Shown: positions 51,501 through 62,331, counted from the first letter of the stretch. The stretch is 64,000 nt of DNA from Octopus vulgaris (GCA_951406725.2 OX597817.1:111414001-111478000); one strand, 5' to 3'. The notes: generated by a model not told the origin, from the sequence alone. Translations and numbers: made by a program.

Positions 51501-54500
51501 AAAATAGTCATATGAAGGCCATCGTGGTTTAGCTATGAGATAGCTTGATAGAACAGACCTGGGCAGCCAAAACATCCCATGTTTATTTTCTTTTGCATTT
51601 TATTTAGGAATGTATTATCTGGTGTGTGTCTTTCGATTTTCGAGATAGAATGTGATTTGAGGAAGATTTGGCAGCCATTTTTAATAGTTTCCAGTGCATA
51701 GATGTCTTTTGATGGTTCATAATATGAAGTAAAAATACAGAGATTCTTTTCTTATTAGTGCTTCAAAACCTAGTTATAAAACACCAGATTGATAAGTGAT
51801 TTGATACCATGTGTTGAAACTAAAGCAATTACACCATGGAAGTTATTTTAATCATTTAAAGAATACACAAGAACATATGTTCACTTCCCACTTATTTCTT
51901 GAGATGCCAAAATCTTCATTGCACCTCTGCAATCCCAGTCACTGAGCTAATTCCTCTGGAAAATAGATATAACATTTTTTGTGTGTTCTGAAATGACTAA
52001 AATGACTCTTCCACAATGTAATTGTACCATATTGATGTTTATTAATTGTACTATCCCATCATCAAAGACTGTGTGAAGATATGTTTAGCAATAAATTTTC
52101 TTTATTATCTCGTGTGTTTTTATTTTAGCAGTTGAATTTTTGTAGAAAAACAGGGTTTCTTAAACAGATTATGAAAACATTATAAGTGAGAGGTGTCAGC
52201 TGTTTCTCAAAGCAACTGATTATTATAATTTCTGTATTAGAAAACTCCCTACCTTCTATGGTTACTGAGTCATACTGCGAACTGAAATTAATGATACCTC
52301 CAGTTGTGGTATTTGAGTACCAATTGGAGACTGACATGTCATCAAATGACAGCCTTTATGTGCCATTGTTTAGCTCTATTGTAAATGTTATGTTTGGAGA
52401 AAATTTTTTACACTTTTGACAGATAAACTAAAAAATATAATTTACCATACTCCTCCTTCACTTTTGATAACATGTTGATTTTCATTAGTCATTTCTTTGT
52501 TTCAAAGGATGTTTATTCTAAATGATATTTCTAAACAAAAAGAAATATTCCTTTAAGAAATTCACAAGTTTTGACATTTCTTCTTTCCATTATTTTCACC
52601 TAGTCTGACTAATCACATCATTTAATTGGTTCTTTTATAATTATTTTATCTGGATGTAATTTTACTGAAGTTGAGATTGTGACAAGGTTCCCTAAATGTG
52701 ATTAGAATTATACTCTTCCATAAATTATTTTTTGTATTTTTGACAGAGAATATTGATTGAACTTATCAAGATCTTATCTTTCTTTTAATGTGATGCATTT
52801 GTTATACAAAAATTTGCTTTTAGAACACATTTATCCATATTGATAAATGTAAATATGTTCTAAGGCAACAATTTGGCTAAGTCATTAAAGCTGTGGTTTT
52901 TAAATTTTTTTATATCTATGTACCCTTTGTTTACTATTTTATTCTAGTGGATCCCTATAGCCATTCAATGTTTAAAAACTAATTTTATAGATATTTCTTT
53001 CAAAATTCCTATTTTGTTATTCAGACATTAACTTGTGTAGGTTGAATTATATAAAATGTTAGAGAAAGAAACCTAGGTGTTTCTTGGAATCCATACATTT
53101 AAATCAAAGTTTTTCATGGGTCCTTAAAATATTACTGTGGATCTCCAACTTACTATATTGCTAGTGTGCCCCCCGCCAATGTTATATGACCCCCCCCCCC
53201 CACCGTCTTATCGATGTCAGTTGAGAACCACTGCTTAAACTTCAGATAGAATGTGTTGGGGTATTAGTTCTGGCTCTCTACAAAATGATTTATTCAAAGC
53301 TTACCAAAGTTAACTTTGTCAGTCATACTTAGAGAGGTCTGTAAATAAAGCCACCAGTCATGTGCTCGGTCAATTCTTCATTTCTCTTTCAAAATACTAT
53401 GCTGTAAAAATGGTCATGGAGGACCACTTACAGTGTCTCTTTTTCTAGGAACTAACAATCTTTTCTCAGAAAAACTATGTTACTGAAATCACCCAAGAAT
53501 AGCCTGTTTAGAAATGAAGATTAAAAGTGTTTCTGCTTGTTAATACTACTTCTATAAAAATAATTTTTTCATATCTTTTACTTCTGTAAGTTTATGTTGG
53601 TGCTAATTTGAACAAAACTCTTTGCCATAAGTATTTGGCAATGAGTTATAGACACTCCCTTGTCACTTTCATCATCAAAAGTGAAGTGAACCACTGATCA
53701 GCTTAACCTGTAGCCAATAATGGTCACTAGTTGTGATATTAAATGAATAAATGAACAGTTCTCTCTCTTTCATCTAATAATGGTTTCAAATTTTGGCACA
53801 AGGCCTTCAATTTCTGGGGAGGGGTAAATCAATTACATCAACCCCAGTGCCACCTGGTACTTTATCAACTCTGAACATAAAGCTGGACAAAATGCCACTA
53901 AGTACTTTACTAGATGCAGTAACAAATCTACCAGCTCGTTGTCTTCTCTCTCTTCTAATAATAGTTACTGTAACCCGTTACACATGCGTGCATGCATGCA
54001 CACACAGTCCCATCATTCTTTACATACTGTGATGAATGGCCAAAAATATTGGTTATATGGAAAATAATGTGTATTTAATGAGATATAAGCCCACAAATTA
54101 TAAAGGTTTGAGGATGTGTTCTGGCACTTCGTCACCACCATAATTATGTCTCTTTGCAACAAACCTGTCCCTTCTCCTCTTGTCATATATTAACGAGGGT
54201 GCATGGCTTAGTGGTTAGAGTATTTGGCTCATGATTGTAAGATTGTGAGTTTGATTCCTGGCGGCATGTTGTGTCCTTGAGCAAGACATTTTACATCGCT
54301 TCAGTCCACTTGACTAGCAAAAATAAGTAGTACCTGTATTTCAAAGGACCAACTTTCACATTCTGTGTCACACTGAATCTCCCAGAGAACTACATTAACG
54401 GTACACATGTTTGTGGAGAGCTCAGCCACTTGTATATCAATTTCATGAGCAGGTTATTTTGTTGATCAGATCAACTGGAACCCTTGTCATCGTAACAGAT

Positions 54501-57500
54501 GGAGTGCCGGTTATCATATATTAACCTCTCAATACCTTACATAAGAGTCTGTTTTCTATTCTCCATCTCGGGCAAGGGAGTTGTGGGGGACTCTGTAGTC
54601 TTGTGAATTACATGGCTACCTCACTAGTGTTAATGCTATGAAAAAAGCACCTAGTGCATTCTGTAAGGTGATTGGAATTAGGAATGGTGCCCAGCTGTTG
54701 TAACCATGCCAAAACTGAGATACTGGAGCAAATCATGGCTTTCTGTACCATTGGATCTTGTCAAGGTGAATGCAACTAGAAATGGATGTGGGTGTAAAAA
54801 TGATGCTGATTTGTGTTTATGTATGTATACGTTCATCCATTTTACAACTACTTTTCTGCCAAGTTGCTACCCCTTTCCTTTTATAAATATTATGGCTGAC
54901 TGGTTAAGGGGCTTGCCTTGCAATCCCTCATTGTGTGTTATCTTGAGCATATTTCATTTTCTATAGCCTCACATTGACTATAACTTATGAAACTGGATAA
55001 ACAGAATCTTTATAGAAGACTACTGTATGGAGTGTAGCTGTAATTCAAAGGCACACTTACTGTTTCCCTCTGATTCTGCCTAAGAAATTGCATTAAAGAT
55101 ACATGCCTTTGTGGAATGCTCAACCATTTACATGCTAGCTGGCATTTCAATGAATGGAATGCCTATCTTCATGTTGAATCTTCATTATTGAAGTTGGAGA
55201 CAAGCATTCAACAGAAAAATGCTGTACCTTTAATGTAAATTCTGAGGCTGGACCAGAGTTAAACAGTGACAAGGCTGTACCTTTGAATTACAAGTAGAAT
55301 CCATCTTAACAGACATGCACATCTGCAAATATACAACATGCTATTCTACTTCATTCTTATCAGGCTATGAAATACAGGATTTGATGTTCACGGCTGGTTA
55401 CATGAAAGAATGCAGGAACACATGCATCAATCGCAACCCAGTGTGTTTTCATACATGTTGTCTGAGAGGAGAATTTTCTCCTAGGACTATTTCCACAGCA
55501 GAAGGTCTTCATATGTTCAAGTGTGCTTAGACATGTTTAATATGACTTTATGCATGCACACACATACACAAACACTTGTGTACATAGACAATTGATTTTA
55601 TCCTGGCATGATTGTAATGCAGAACATTACTGTTCAAAATCCAAATACTGGTCTTTAGGTTAATTAAGCTAAAGAAATATTAAAAAAAAAATTATGATTC
55701 AATGATTCCCCATATCAAAAAAATAAAATCTGTGTCTTTTAGTGATAGTATAAACACTACATTTCCTAAGTATTTCATTATTCAATCAATTCTTATGACA
55801 GGAAATGTGTTATTGTGTTATACTGTATTTATTACATCCTATCACCTCCTAACAGTTAATTACTCCTAGATAGAAGTCCGTCTTCTTGCTTCTAAGATGC
55901 AATACTGCCTGCTTTATTCACTGATGTACTCACCTTTCTTTTACTTTCACAACAATGTACTTTATATTTTCTGTAATTTAGTTAATGCTACTCTTCTTAT
56001 TTATGAAATATTTTACATCTTGTCACATTTATATCATTTCAGGGTCCTGATTTATTAGAAACTAGTTCTGAATTAATTTATTCTGGGGAACTAAGTAAAG
56101 TTAATTCCAGTGGTTGGACACAGGAACGCTACTTTTTCTTATTTGATCATCAACTTATCTATTGTCGTAAGGTGAGACACTATTCATTTTGTATATTTAT
56201 TGAACCTTTTCCAGTTCTTATGTATTTTCTCCATTTATTTATTTTATATTGTGTTGAATAGTTATTGTTGTTTTTTAATAACCTTATAGCCTTTTATATT
56301 TCTAAAAGACAAAGTAAAATTTCTTTGAAAATATGAACAGTGGGCAAACACGTTTTTATAAAATCTTTTTTTTTTTGTAAAAATATGACGTGATGTACTT
56401 TTTTAAAATAAAAATCAAACATAACTTTTAAAATATCTAAAGTCTGCTCAACTCAATATAAGAGTGAAAATATTGAAGTTGTAAAGCATCTTCCATTTAG
56501 ATATTTCTTGGTAAGGAAGGATCCATGTATACATTATTATAAAAGGAATATTAGTTTTCTCCTCAATCCCATACCTGAACTTCATAACAAATTTAATGTC
56601 TAATAATATATTATCTCTCTCTCTCATATATATAATGTTGATGTTTCCAGTATTAGCCTCCAATGTAGTCACATCAGAGATATGATATTAATATATATTT
56701 TGTCTTTTTAGGATCTTTTAAAGAAAAATTCTTTCTCGTTTCGAGGAAGAATATATTTAGACCACAGTAAAATTTATCCAGTTGTAGATGGAAGAGGTAA
56801 GCAAACATTTAATATTGATGGTTATAGTGTGTGTGTGTGTGTGGCTTGGTTATTCTGTTCATTTATTATGCTTAGGTAACTTCTTTTAAATTTGTAATAT
56901 TTTTCTTGCATATTCATATATTTTTATGTAATCATTTAAGGGTCCCTTAACTGCCCAGTCAGTGTACCCAATAAATTTTTGTTTCTCTGTGCCTATCTTA
57001 TTCATAAGCATCATATGTTTGTTGATATCCTCATTAGTCTATCCATAATTTTCAGACCCCCAGTTTAATGTATATGTGAAAAATGGTTGGAAGCTTCATG
57101 ACAACAAGCGGAACAAATCCTTCTTAGTGTTCAGTAAAAATGCCGTAGAGAAAGATCGATGGCTAAAAGCATTTGAAGAAGAAAGGAAGAAAGTGAAAAG
57201 TGATCAAGAAAATGGTAAGACACATATTTTTACATTTCTGTGAAGCATTTTGTTTTTTAAACAAGTTGTTTTGATATGAATACAAGTCAGTTCCATTATT
57301 TCATACTGACTGATCCCTTACTAGAGGCTGGATTTGAGAGAAGTTCATAGTTTTCACTATATCTACAACAATGTTTTCAAGGATTCTTTGAACACTTGAA
57401 GTACAGTTTTTTTAAATTTGTTATTTGTAGCTTTTGAGCTTTGTTTTACAAACATTTTCCATATAAAAGTGCCAGTCAGTCTGTAGAAGCAAGTCGTTGT

Positions 57501-58461
57501 TTAGCCCCTCAGCTCGGATCAAGCAGACCTACAATAAAGTATACCTGTCGTGACCTTCTCCTTTGTGTCCTTCCAGTTTTAATATGGTAAAATATGATTT
57601 AAAGGAAATTTAACTGTTATTTCTTCCAGGTTGAGCAGCCAATTAGAAGCTCTCTCTCTTTCGTTGCTTGTGCTGGACCAAGTGTTTCTCATTGGTGGAT
57701 GTTCATCCTAACACCTATTGCTCAACTATGATATAAGGGTGAAATCTAGTGTCAGCTAGACAGATGATGTGTTCTATCCAAGAGCACAATTATGTAGCTG
57801 TTGTTATATTTGAAATCATGATTGTGATCAGTTGTGAAGTAACAGTTTAACTGCAGTAGTTATGCCTCATGTTGATATAAGTAGTTTTATAAAGCTTAGA
57901 TGAAACAGGTGAACAAAACAGTTTTGATATGATAACCATCACAAAATCTGTGAGATATTTCACAACTGAATGGCCATAGGCTCCTTCTTGACTTAATATC
58001 ATTACTGCTTTACTGCTAGGTTGTTCAATTGAAGTACTAAGCTTTACCCAGGTGCATATTGTACAAAGAAACAAACAAAAAGACTCTAAGGATAAACCAG
58101 GTTAATATGCAGTAATTAATTTCAAAGAAATAGTTTGTACCCAGGTTAAAAAAAAAAGCCAAAAACATAGTGAAGATAACAACAAAAACAATGAACAAGA
58201 TAGGCAGCTATTGTGGAGAAAGCACTGTGGAGAGAGGGGAAGGGGGACGAAATGTTAACGTATGTATATAACCTTTAGTCAGTTGAATATGTGTAGCTTT
58301 TCTCATCCCATTTAGGATATCAAGCATACTCTCAATCAGTTGGCCTAGTAGCTATGTATATTTTAACCTCTTTCATGTAGGTTTCACCATTCCACCAAGC
58401 TTGCGGAAATCTTGTGCTCGAAACAGTTTCAGAACAAAAACACAACCAGAACGGCCAAAAG
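6205..58461 (+). CDS. ARHGEF9: Spliced gene model: SH3-DH-PH Rho guanine nucleotide exchange factor (ARHGEF4/ARHGEF9 collybistin/SPATA13 family); 11 exons joined, 3' terminal exon unresolved
   Basis: join(6205-6268,7203-7348,32168-32347,36548-36736,37654-37830,41153-41257,45756-46013,56043-56171,56712-56796,57056-57214,58381-58461). All introns are GT-AG and phases match (1,0,0,0,0,0,0,0,1,1). Family motifs: [58 protein letters not shown]. Likely co-ortholog of the three vertebrate paralogs, so the symbol is approximate. Confidence 0.93.
7203..7348 (+). CDS. ARHGEF9: Exon upstream of SH3 (GSDPLSDLL...QLGLAPLDE)
   Basis: TTTCAG| acceptor and GAG|GTAATT donor, open frame. The ending QLGLAPLDE|IF resembles Asef/SPATA13 'QLAINE-LI' just before the SH3 domain. 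Confidence 0.75.
9975..10385 (+). mobile_element. SINE family B (CORE-like) with RTE-type tail
   Basis: GGCTATGTGGTTAAGAAG head, AAAGCCTTGTG...GGAAACTGAAA body, ACCCATGCAAGCATGGAAAA tail. Confidence 0.7.
10472..11651 (-). mobile_element. Mariner (Tc1/mariner, DD34D-type) transposon fossil with pseudogenised transposase
   Basis: TIRs TGAGGGTCAGCTGAAAGGTTCATAGGC / GCCTGTGAACACTTCAGCTGACACTCA. Minus-strand fragments WVP (~11155), [19 protein letters not shown], and [10 protein letters not shown] (equivalent to YSPDLAPSDY). Frameshifted. Confidence 0.9.
11806..12000. repeat. Compound (TG)/(TA) microsatellite
   Basis: Direct inspection. Confidence 0.9.
12001..12342 (-). mobile_element. tRNA-derived SINE family D (other copies ~23650-23945 -, 54195-54510 +, 14015-14200 +)
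   Basis: Minus strand reads TGGCTCAGTGGTTAGAG (A box) and GAGTTCGATTCCC (B box), then GTGTTCTTGAGTAAGAC core. Confidence 0.8.
13066..13750. mobile_element. pogo/Tigger-type non-autonomous DNA transposon
   Basis: Perfect terminal repeat CAGGCATACCTC / GAGGTATGCCTG, flanked by TA on both sides; same terminus as Tigger1-type TIRs. Confidence 0.85.
15054..15103. repeat. (TA)n microsatellite
   Basis: About 25 TA units. Confidence 0.95.
16034..16180 (-). mobile_element. 5'-truncated RTE LINE 3' end
   Basis: Closely matches 41531-41678 and ends in a (GAT)n tail on the minus strand. Confidence 0.85.
21655..21810 (+). mobile_element. SINE family B head/core
   Basis: GCTGTGGTTAAAAAGTT...GGCACCTTGGG...GTGAATTTGGTAGATGGAAACTG. 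Confidence 0.7.
22405..22610 (+). mobile_element. SINE family A (further copies ~7440-7615 +, 28165-28360 -, 30285-30490 -, 36950-37145 +, 37290-37490 -, 53775-53940 -)
   Basis: CTGGCAGAATCGTTAGCATGCC...TTCTGAGTTCAAATTCTGCC...GGGGTCGATGTAATTGAC. Confidence 0.8.
23090..23452 (-). mobile_element. Full-length SINE family B with type-II tail (similar copies 27375-27746 -, 33308-33580 +, 63290-63690 -)
   Basis: Minus strand: GGCTGTGTGATAAGAAGCTTGCTTCCCAACCAC head, GGTTCAGTCCC B-box-like, GGCACCTTGGGCAAGAGTCTT CORE-like, internal (TG)n, tail ending ACTGAAACAAGTAAAAG. Confidence 0.85.
23491..23572 (+). mobile_element. Very short RTE 3'-end insertion within a TA microsatellite
   Basis: CCATCCAACCCATGCCAGCATGGAAAACAGATGTTAAACGATGATGATGAT. 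Confidence 0.75.
25450..27100 (-). mobile_element. Highly decayed R4/Dong-type non-LTR retrotransposon RT fossil
   Basis: Minus-strand remnants in collinear order: [15 protein letters not shown] (26294-26343), NCKPITCLP (26123-26149), EQKG...CKKQLL (~26035-26085), RG...DSLS...LAP (~25780-25830). Boundaries approximate. Confidence 0.7.
29805..30210 (+). mobile_element. SINE family B with RTE-type tail
   Basis: Head and GGCACCTTGG core, then GAGGGTTGGCGACAGG...AACCCATGCAGGCATGGAAA...GATGATGAT. Confidence 0.75.
32168..32347 (+). CDS. ARHGEF9: SH3 domain exon ([60 protein letters not shown])
   Basis: Collybistin/Asef-type SH3; TTCAG| acceptor, |GTAAGT donor; 180 nt, phase 0-0. Confidence 0.96.
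34755..36243. mobile_element. pogo/Tc-type non-autonomous DNA transposon (~1.49 kb)
   Basis: TIRs CCGTAAAAACCCATGTAATTT / AAATTACACGGGTTTTTATGG; right flank TA; subterminal direct repeat TCTACTCATGTAA at ~34835 and ~36165. Confidence 0.75.
36548..36736 (+). CDS. ARHGEF9: SH3-DH linker and DH start (LRANQ...[24 protein letters not shown])
   Basis: DH CR1 motif; TTTTAG| and |GTAAGT; 189 nt. Confidence 0.95.
37654..37830 (+). CDS. ARHGEF9: DH domain exon ([13 protein letters not shown]...IFGNLEDIY...GHCFIEH)
   Basis: IFGNxEDIY motif; canonical splice sites; 177 nt. Confidence 0.95.
37883..38266. mobile_element. piggyBac-type MITE with nested SINE family A (- strand, ~37987-38161)
   Basis: TTAA|CCCTTTTGATACC ... 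GGTAACAAAAGGG|TTAA: TTAA TSD on both sides, 13-bp TIR with one mismatch. Confidence 0.88.
39393..40010. repeat. Large compound (CA)/(CATA) microsatellite
   Basis: About 600 bp of CA/TACA units, increasingly degenerate toward the 3' end. Confidence 0.95.
40183..40465 (+). mobile_element. Penelope-like pseudo-LTR / retrozyme-like fragment
   Basis: Pyrimidine-rich unit carrying the hammerhead motif, bounded by CA and TA microsatellites; class is inferred. Confidence 0.5.
40329..40363 (+). ncRNA. Minimal type-I hammerhead ribozyme motif (Penelope/retrozyme type)
   Basis: GTTT-CCGACGA-A-GAGC tcc GCTC-GAAA-CG-TT-AAAC: stem I GTTT/AAAC, stem II GAGC/GCTC, palindromic AACGTT stem III; U4C core variant. 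Confidence 0.65.
40500..40831. mobile_element. Unclassified MITE with 32-bp near-perfect TIRs
   Basis: CACATAGTCATAGAGAGGTATTTGATAACTTC vs the reverse complement of GAAGTTATCAAATACCTCTCTATGACTTTGTG (31/32). Confidence 0.8.
41153..41257 (+). CDS. ARHGEF9: DH domain exon ([35 protein letters not shown])
   Basis: IYSxYCNNH motif; TACAG| and GAG|GTAAGG; 105 nt. Confidence 0.95.
41531..42785 (-). mobile_element. 5'-truncated RTE-clade LINE (RT C-terminal region + 3'UTR)
   Basis: ORF 41988-42635: [48 protein letters not shown]; 3' end with a (GAT)n tail. Confidence 0.92.
45756..46013 (+). CDS. ARHGEF9: DH domain C-terminal exon (GCRLLQDM...[20 protein letters not shown]...[25 protein letters not shown])
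   Basis: DH CR3 motif; TCCAG| and GAG|GTAAGA; 258 nt. Confidence 0.97.
46207..46725. mobile_element. hAT (Charlie-like) MITE with nested SINE family A (- strand, ~46345-46570)
   Basis: Degenerate TIRs TAGGCATGGGCAA / TTGCTCGTGTCTG; 8-bp flanks TTCTAGGT / GTCTAGAT with a TCTAG core. Confidence 0.65.
48511..48663. mobile_element. Short GC-rich hAT-like MITE
   Basis: TIRs CACCAGCATAGCTAGAG / CTCTGGTTACGCTAGTG; 8-bp flanks TATCTGGG / TAGGTGGG (6/8). Confidence 0.65.
48727..49790 (+). mobile_element. Hero-type (R2 group) non-LTR retrotransposon 3' fragment with restriction-like endonuclease, pseudogenised
   Basis: [23 protein letters not shown]...LEHIL..C zinc knuckle, [33 protein letters not shown]; frameshifts and stops (e.g. 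49208, 49271). Confidence 0.88.
49947..50250 (+). mobile_element. tRNA-headed SINE-like element containing a hammerhead motif and bracketed by 32-bp inverted repeats
   Basis: A box TGGCATAGTGG (50005-50015), B box GTTCAATTCC (~50050-50059), (AAT)n/(AAC)n spacer, CTGATGA...GAAA core; inverted repeats at 49969-50000 and 50219-50250. Confidence 0.75.
50157..50202 (+). ncRNA. Hammerhead ribozyme motif (minimal type I, somewhat degenerate)
   Basis: GTTAC-CTGATGA-A-AGCTG gagagtgtat CAGCC-GAAA-TA-TT-GTGTT: canonical CUGAUGA/GAAA core, stem II GCTG/CAGC, palindromic AATATT stem III. Confidence 0.6.
51048..51262. mobile_element. Degenerate copy of the piggyBac-type MITE
   Basis: CTTTTGATACC...CCTGAGACT...AAACACCAGCTTAATGATG...GAAATATGGTAACAAAAG; terminal CCC/GGG lost. 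Confidence 0.65.
52891..53233. mobile_element. hAT-Charlie/MER5-like MITE
   Basis: Right end GTTGAGAACCACTG; left end degenerate CTGTGGTTTTTAAA. Confidence 0.55.
56043..56171 (+). CDS. ARHGEF9: PH domain exon 1 ([17 protein letters not shown]...[17 protein letters not shown])
   Basis: SSELIYxGE and FFLFDHQ motifs; canonical sites; 129 nt. Confidence 0.95.
56712..56796 (+). CDS. ARHGEF9: PH domain exon 2 ([28 protein letters not shown])
   Basis: Matches collybistin DLIRRDILYYKGRIDMD region; 85 nt, phase 0-1. Confidence 0.93.
57056..57214 (+). CDS. ARHGEF9: PH domain exon 3 ([14 protein letters not shown]...[22 protein letters not shown])
   Basis: PH C-terminal helix WLxAF; 159 nt, phase 1-1. 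Confidence 0.94.
58381..58461 (+). CDS. ARHGEF9: Post-PH exon ([27 protein letters not shown])
   Basis: TGTAG| acceptor, AAG|GTAAAA donor, 81 nt phase 1-1; the GFxI start parallels collybistin GFEI. Confidence 0.85.
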
Positions 58462-60640
58462 GTAAAATAAAAACTTCATCCCATTCATTTTTTTAAAAAT
58501 AAAGCATCTTTGTAGAATTTTCTAGATGCTAGTTTTAGATGTGTTTTTTTTTTTTTCTTCATTCTTACCATTTTGGTTAGCAAGCACGAGAATACAGTTT
58601 TGTGCATCAATGCATAGTAGTTTTTCTCTATATTAAAAAATGAAAATATAAAATACCATTCCTCTGATACTCATGTCTATTGGTTAAGTTATTGTTTTAC
58701 CCTCTTCTCCAAAATGCACGGATAACTGTCTCCTTAACATTTTTTTTCTTTCTTTTACTGAAATTCGGATACACTGTTTCTTATTTCTACTTCACAAGTG
58801 TTTCTTTCTTTCTGTTCCTTTTGAATTGATTCCATTGATTTTGGTTTCAAACTCTGTTTTATTCTTCAGTTGCAAGTTTTTCTTCACCCTTTTCTTTTCC
58901 ATTTTAATTTTTATTATTTTATATTTCATTAATAGTTTTAATGAATTTTTTTTTTTCTGTGTGCTCTTATCTATCTAGATTTTAAATAAAATGTACAAAA
59001 CTATTCTGCTAGCTGAAATGTGTCATCATTTTTCGGTCTTAGATGAAGTTATGTAAAACATTCTTTAAATAAATACAGTATTTTCATGTGGATATAACAA
59101 TTTACTATTGAAGAAAATAAATCTCCCCCAATGCTCTTTGCACATTGTAATAAACCTTACTATCAAATTCTTAGTAAAATGAAACAAAAATTACTATTGT
59201 ATATTAATTAAATGAGAGCAGCATCTAGAATTCACTAAACTTATCTTTCTCCTCCATCAGTAATAAATCTTAATAATAAATCTTTAAAAAATTTATTTCA
59301 GTAATAAATCTTAACAAAATTAAAATCTTCCTGTACCCTACATTCACTAAACTTCATTTAGTTAAAAGTTCTATACCACTTAATTTAAAGTTATGTTTTC
59401 TTATTTGTCATATTATATAACGTGTGTATGTGTATGAATGTATATTCTTTTACATGTACCAGTCACTGACTATGACCATGCTGGGACACTTCCTTCTAAG
59501 ATATAGTTCATTATATCAATCTCAGTATTTTTTTTATCAACTTAAGGATGGATGGTAAAGCTAAACTCTTAATGCACATGGGTATAACAAAATACCACAA
59601 AATATTTTGTCTAATGCTTTACCCATTACTAATACATATATATATGTATGTAAAGAATTACTTTACACACGCATGCACACTTGTTCATTTCCAAACTTCT
59701 GTGAAAATGTGTTTGGCCAAGGGGAAATATTAACCTTGCTTGGAAGGACGACCAGCTGTAGAAAATTTGCTCAACAAATTCCATTTGATCCATACAAGCA
59801 TGGAAAAGTAAACATTGAATGGTGATGATGTATAAATTACAGCCAACACTCAGTTGGACAAGACTTGGTGATATATATATATATATATACCATGCTTTTG
59901 TCCATTACTTTAGGTATCTGTCCATGTCATGAAAAGACATAAACACTTTTTCAGCCTTCCTATATCCAAGATGTGACAGCTGAGGGACAGTATGATGTAC
60001 CAGCACTATGATGGTACTTTTTGCTTTTTTCTATGCCAGAGGTATTTGGCTTCAGAGCTCAGAAAGCCAGAACAAATATCACAAAGCATTTTATGCAATT
60101 CCCTAATGATTCTTCCAATCAGCTGTTTTAAAAGTGAAAATTATTATGAATTCCCCTTGGAATTTTATTGTAACTGTTGTTTACAAATATTTACAGATTG
60201 AATGGGAGCTTTGTTGTGTGTGCTCATACACACTTGCTTTCATGAATACATGTGTGTTAATACTTTTGGAATACTTCATTTTGATTTTATTTAATTTTTC
60301 TTCTCTTCCTTCTTTTGAATGCCTTCTACATTTCTGATTGATTAACAAATTAGATTTCTATGTATATGTGTGTGTATATGAGTTCTATCTAACCCTACTA
60401 GTTATGCATATGTTTTGCATATCGCACATTCTGATGCACTTTATTGGTTGAGAATTCAAGATGTTTGCAAACTAGACTTCCCTTTTTGGAAGTCCAGGGT
60501 ATTAAATTTTTGGTGTTGGAGTTGGTGAATGAACGGAAGCACGTTAATTGAATAAAAGATTGATAAGAACATTACTAAATGTTCATAGAATATGACAAAA
60601 AAAAAAGTCTTTATGCAAATGTTATGTACTGTGATTTCAG

Positions 60641-60684
60641 GCAAATTCTCTGGATGGTTGTCCCGGAAAACTTCTATATGGTAG
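60641..60684 (+). CDS. Candidate alternative terminal exon (GKFSGWLSRKTSIW*)
   Basis: GTGATTTCAG| acceptor and phase-1 open frame to TAG; no transcript evidence. Confidence 0.3.
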
Positions 60685-62331
60685 GTTTTTGCATGCAATA
60701 TGAGCTGATCATTATTCTAGTGTGTGAAGATGGACGCAATCTTGAGCAGACCTATTGTAAAATTTCTGGTGAGCCTGCTGCTATGAAAGGCATGCTGCCT
60801 GATAACAAAATACTTGCTCAGTTATAGTGTTTGTAAATAAACCAAAACATTGGATCATTTTAAAATCTCTTCTTCACTTAATCCCCAATTTGTTAAATAT
60901 TTAGAAATGTATGTTGGTGGCAAAATATGTGATATGGTGCTATATAAATTCCAGTTGTGTCAAAAATTGTTTTAGTAGAAAGGAACTAAATATATATATA
61001 TATATATATATATTCCTAATTTGTATCTATAAACATTAAATTACCAGGAAGGCTAATACTATCAGTAACATTCCAAATAACTAAGTTTAAAAACTAAATT
61101 TTCTAAAAGGTAATTAAAGTTTCTTTTGAAATTTTTACTGAAATATTTGGTAATAATTGTGTGTGTGCGTGCGTGCGTACCTGCACACACATACATGTGT
61201 GAAATGTTTTCTATACCTGGCCTTTATAAATAAATAATACACATTTAAGATATCCAAGGTAGCTTTAAGATATACATTTAAGATATCCAAGGTGCTAAGG
61301 TCAGATTGTTGTTGTAATTGAAGTAGACTGCTTGCTTTAATTTAATACAAGACTTTCTTTGGATTTTTGCTTTTCAATTTTTAATTTCCATTTTGTATTT
61401 GCTTCCAAATTTAGTTTAATCATAGCTTATTTTTTTAGAAATATATTTCCTTTATCTTATTTATATCATCTGTGTTTGACTTAACATCATATCTAATTGA
61501 AATTCTGAATATTATATTCACTTACAAAATTTTATTAAAAAGCAATTTTTTTTTTTTCTGAGGGATATTTAAATTTCATGAAAAATTTCTTTTCTGTTGA
61601 CAACAATGCTAATATGTTAAAATGATTACATGATGTGTTAAATAGATCGAGTTCAAGTTTTCTGTTGCTGTTTTTTTTTTTCTTTCTTGTGTTTCTTCTG
61701 AGTTACTAAACAGAGCTCTAACCTCTGCTTAAATCTACATTTTCTGTTGAAATGACTAAGAAAAATGTTTGATAAATGGATTTAACTGAAGTTTTCTGTT
61801 GCTGTGTTTCTAATTTCTATAATCAGAGCTTTTTTTTTAACTCCTCTCTAAATATAACTACATGTTCCATGTAGACTTAAATATTACTATTTTGTATTGT
61901 TTTAATTCGCAATCTTTGTCACTTCATTGGCAATTTGATGTCAGTGAGTGCTATATCTTTTATCTCTTACTGCAATCATATAATTGGATAAGCTATGCCC
62001 AGTGTGGTTTATATTATATATGTATATATAATGTATGTATAAAAGCTGGAAGTAAGGTATTTTTGAAGGAACACATTAACTCTCAAGATACTAAAATTAG
62101 CTTCCTGATTTGACGTTTAGTTTTCTTATTTATTTTTGATTTTGGTTGAGTTGTGATAGTTCCACCTACCTTTCAAATGATTATTCTTCATATATTTCTG
62201 TGTACATGAGAGATCATGTAACTGCATAAATTAGTGTTAGCATTTTTAACATAGGAAGCTAATTAGAAGTAATAATTGATGAAAAAAAAAAACAATTTGG
62301 GACATTAATTTTTTTTCTTTTTCTTTGCAAG

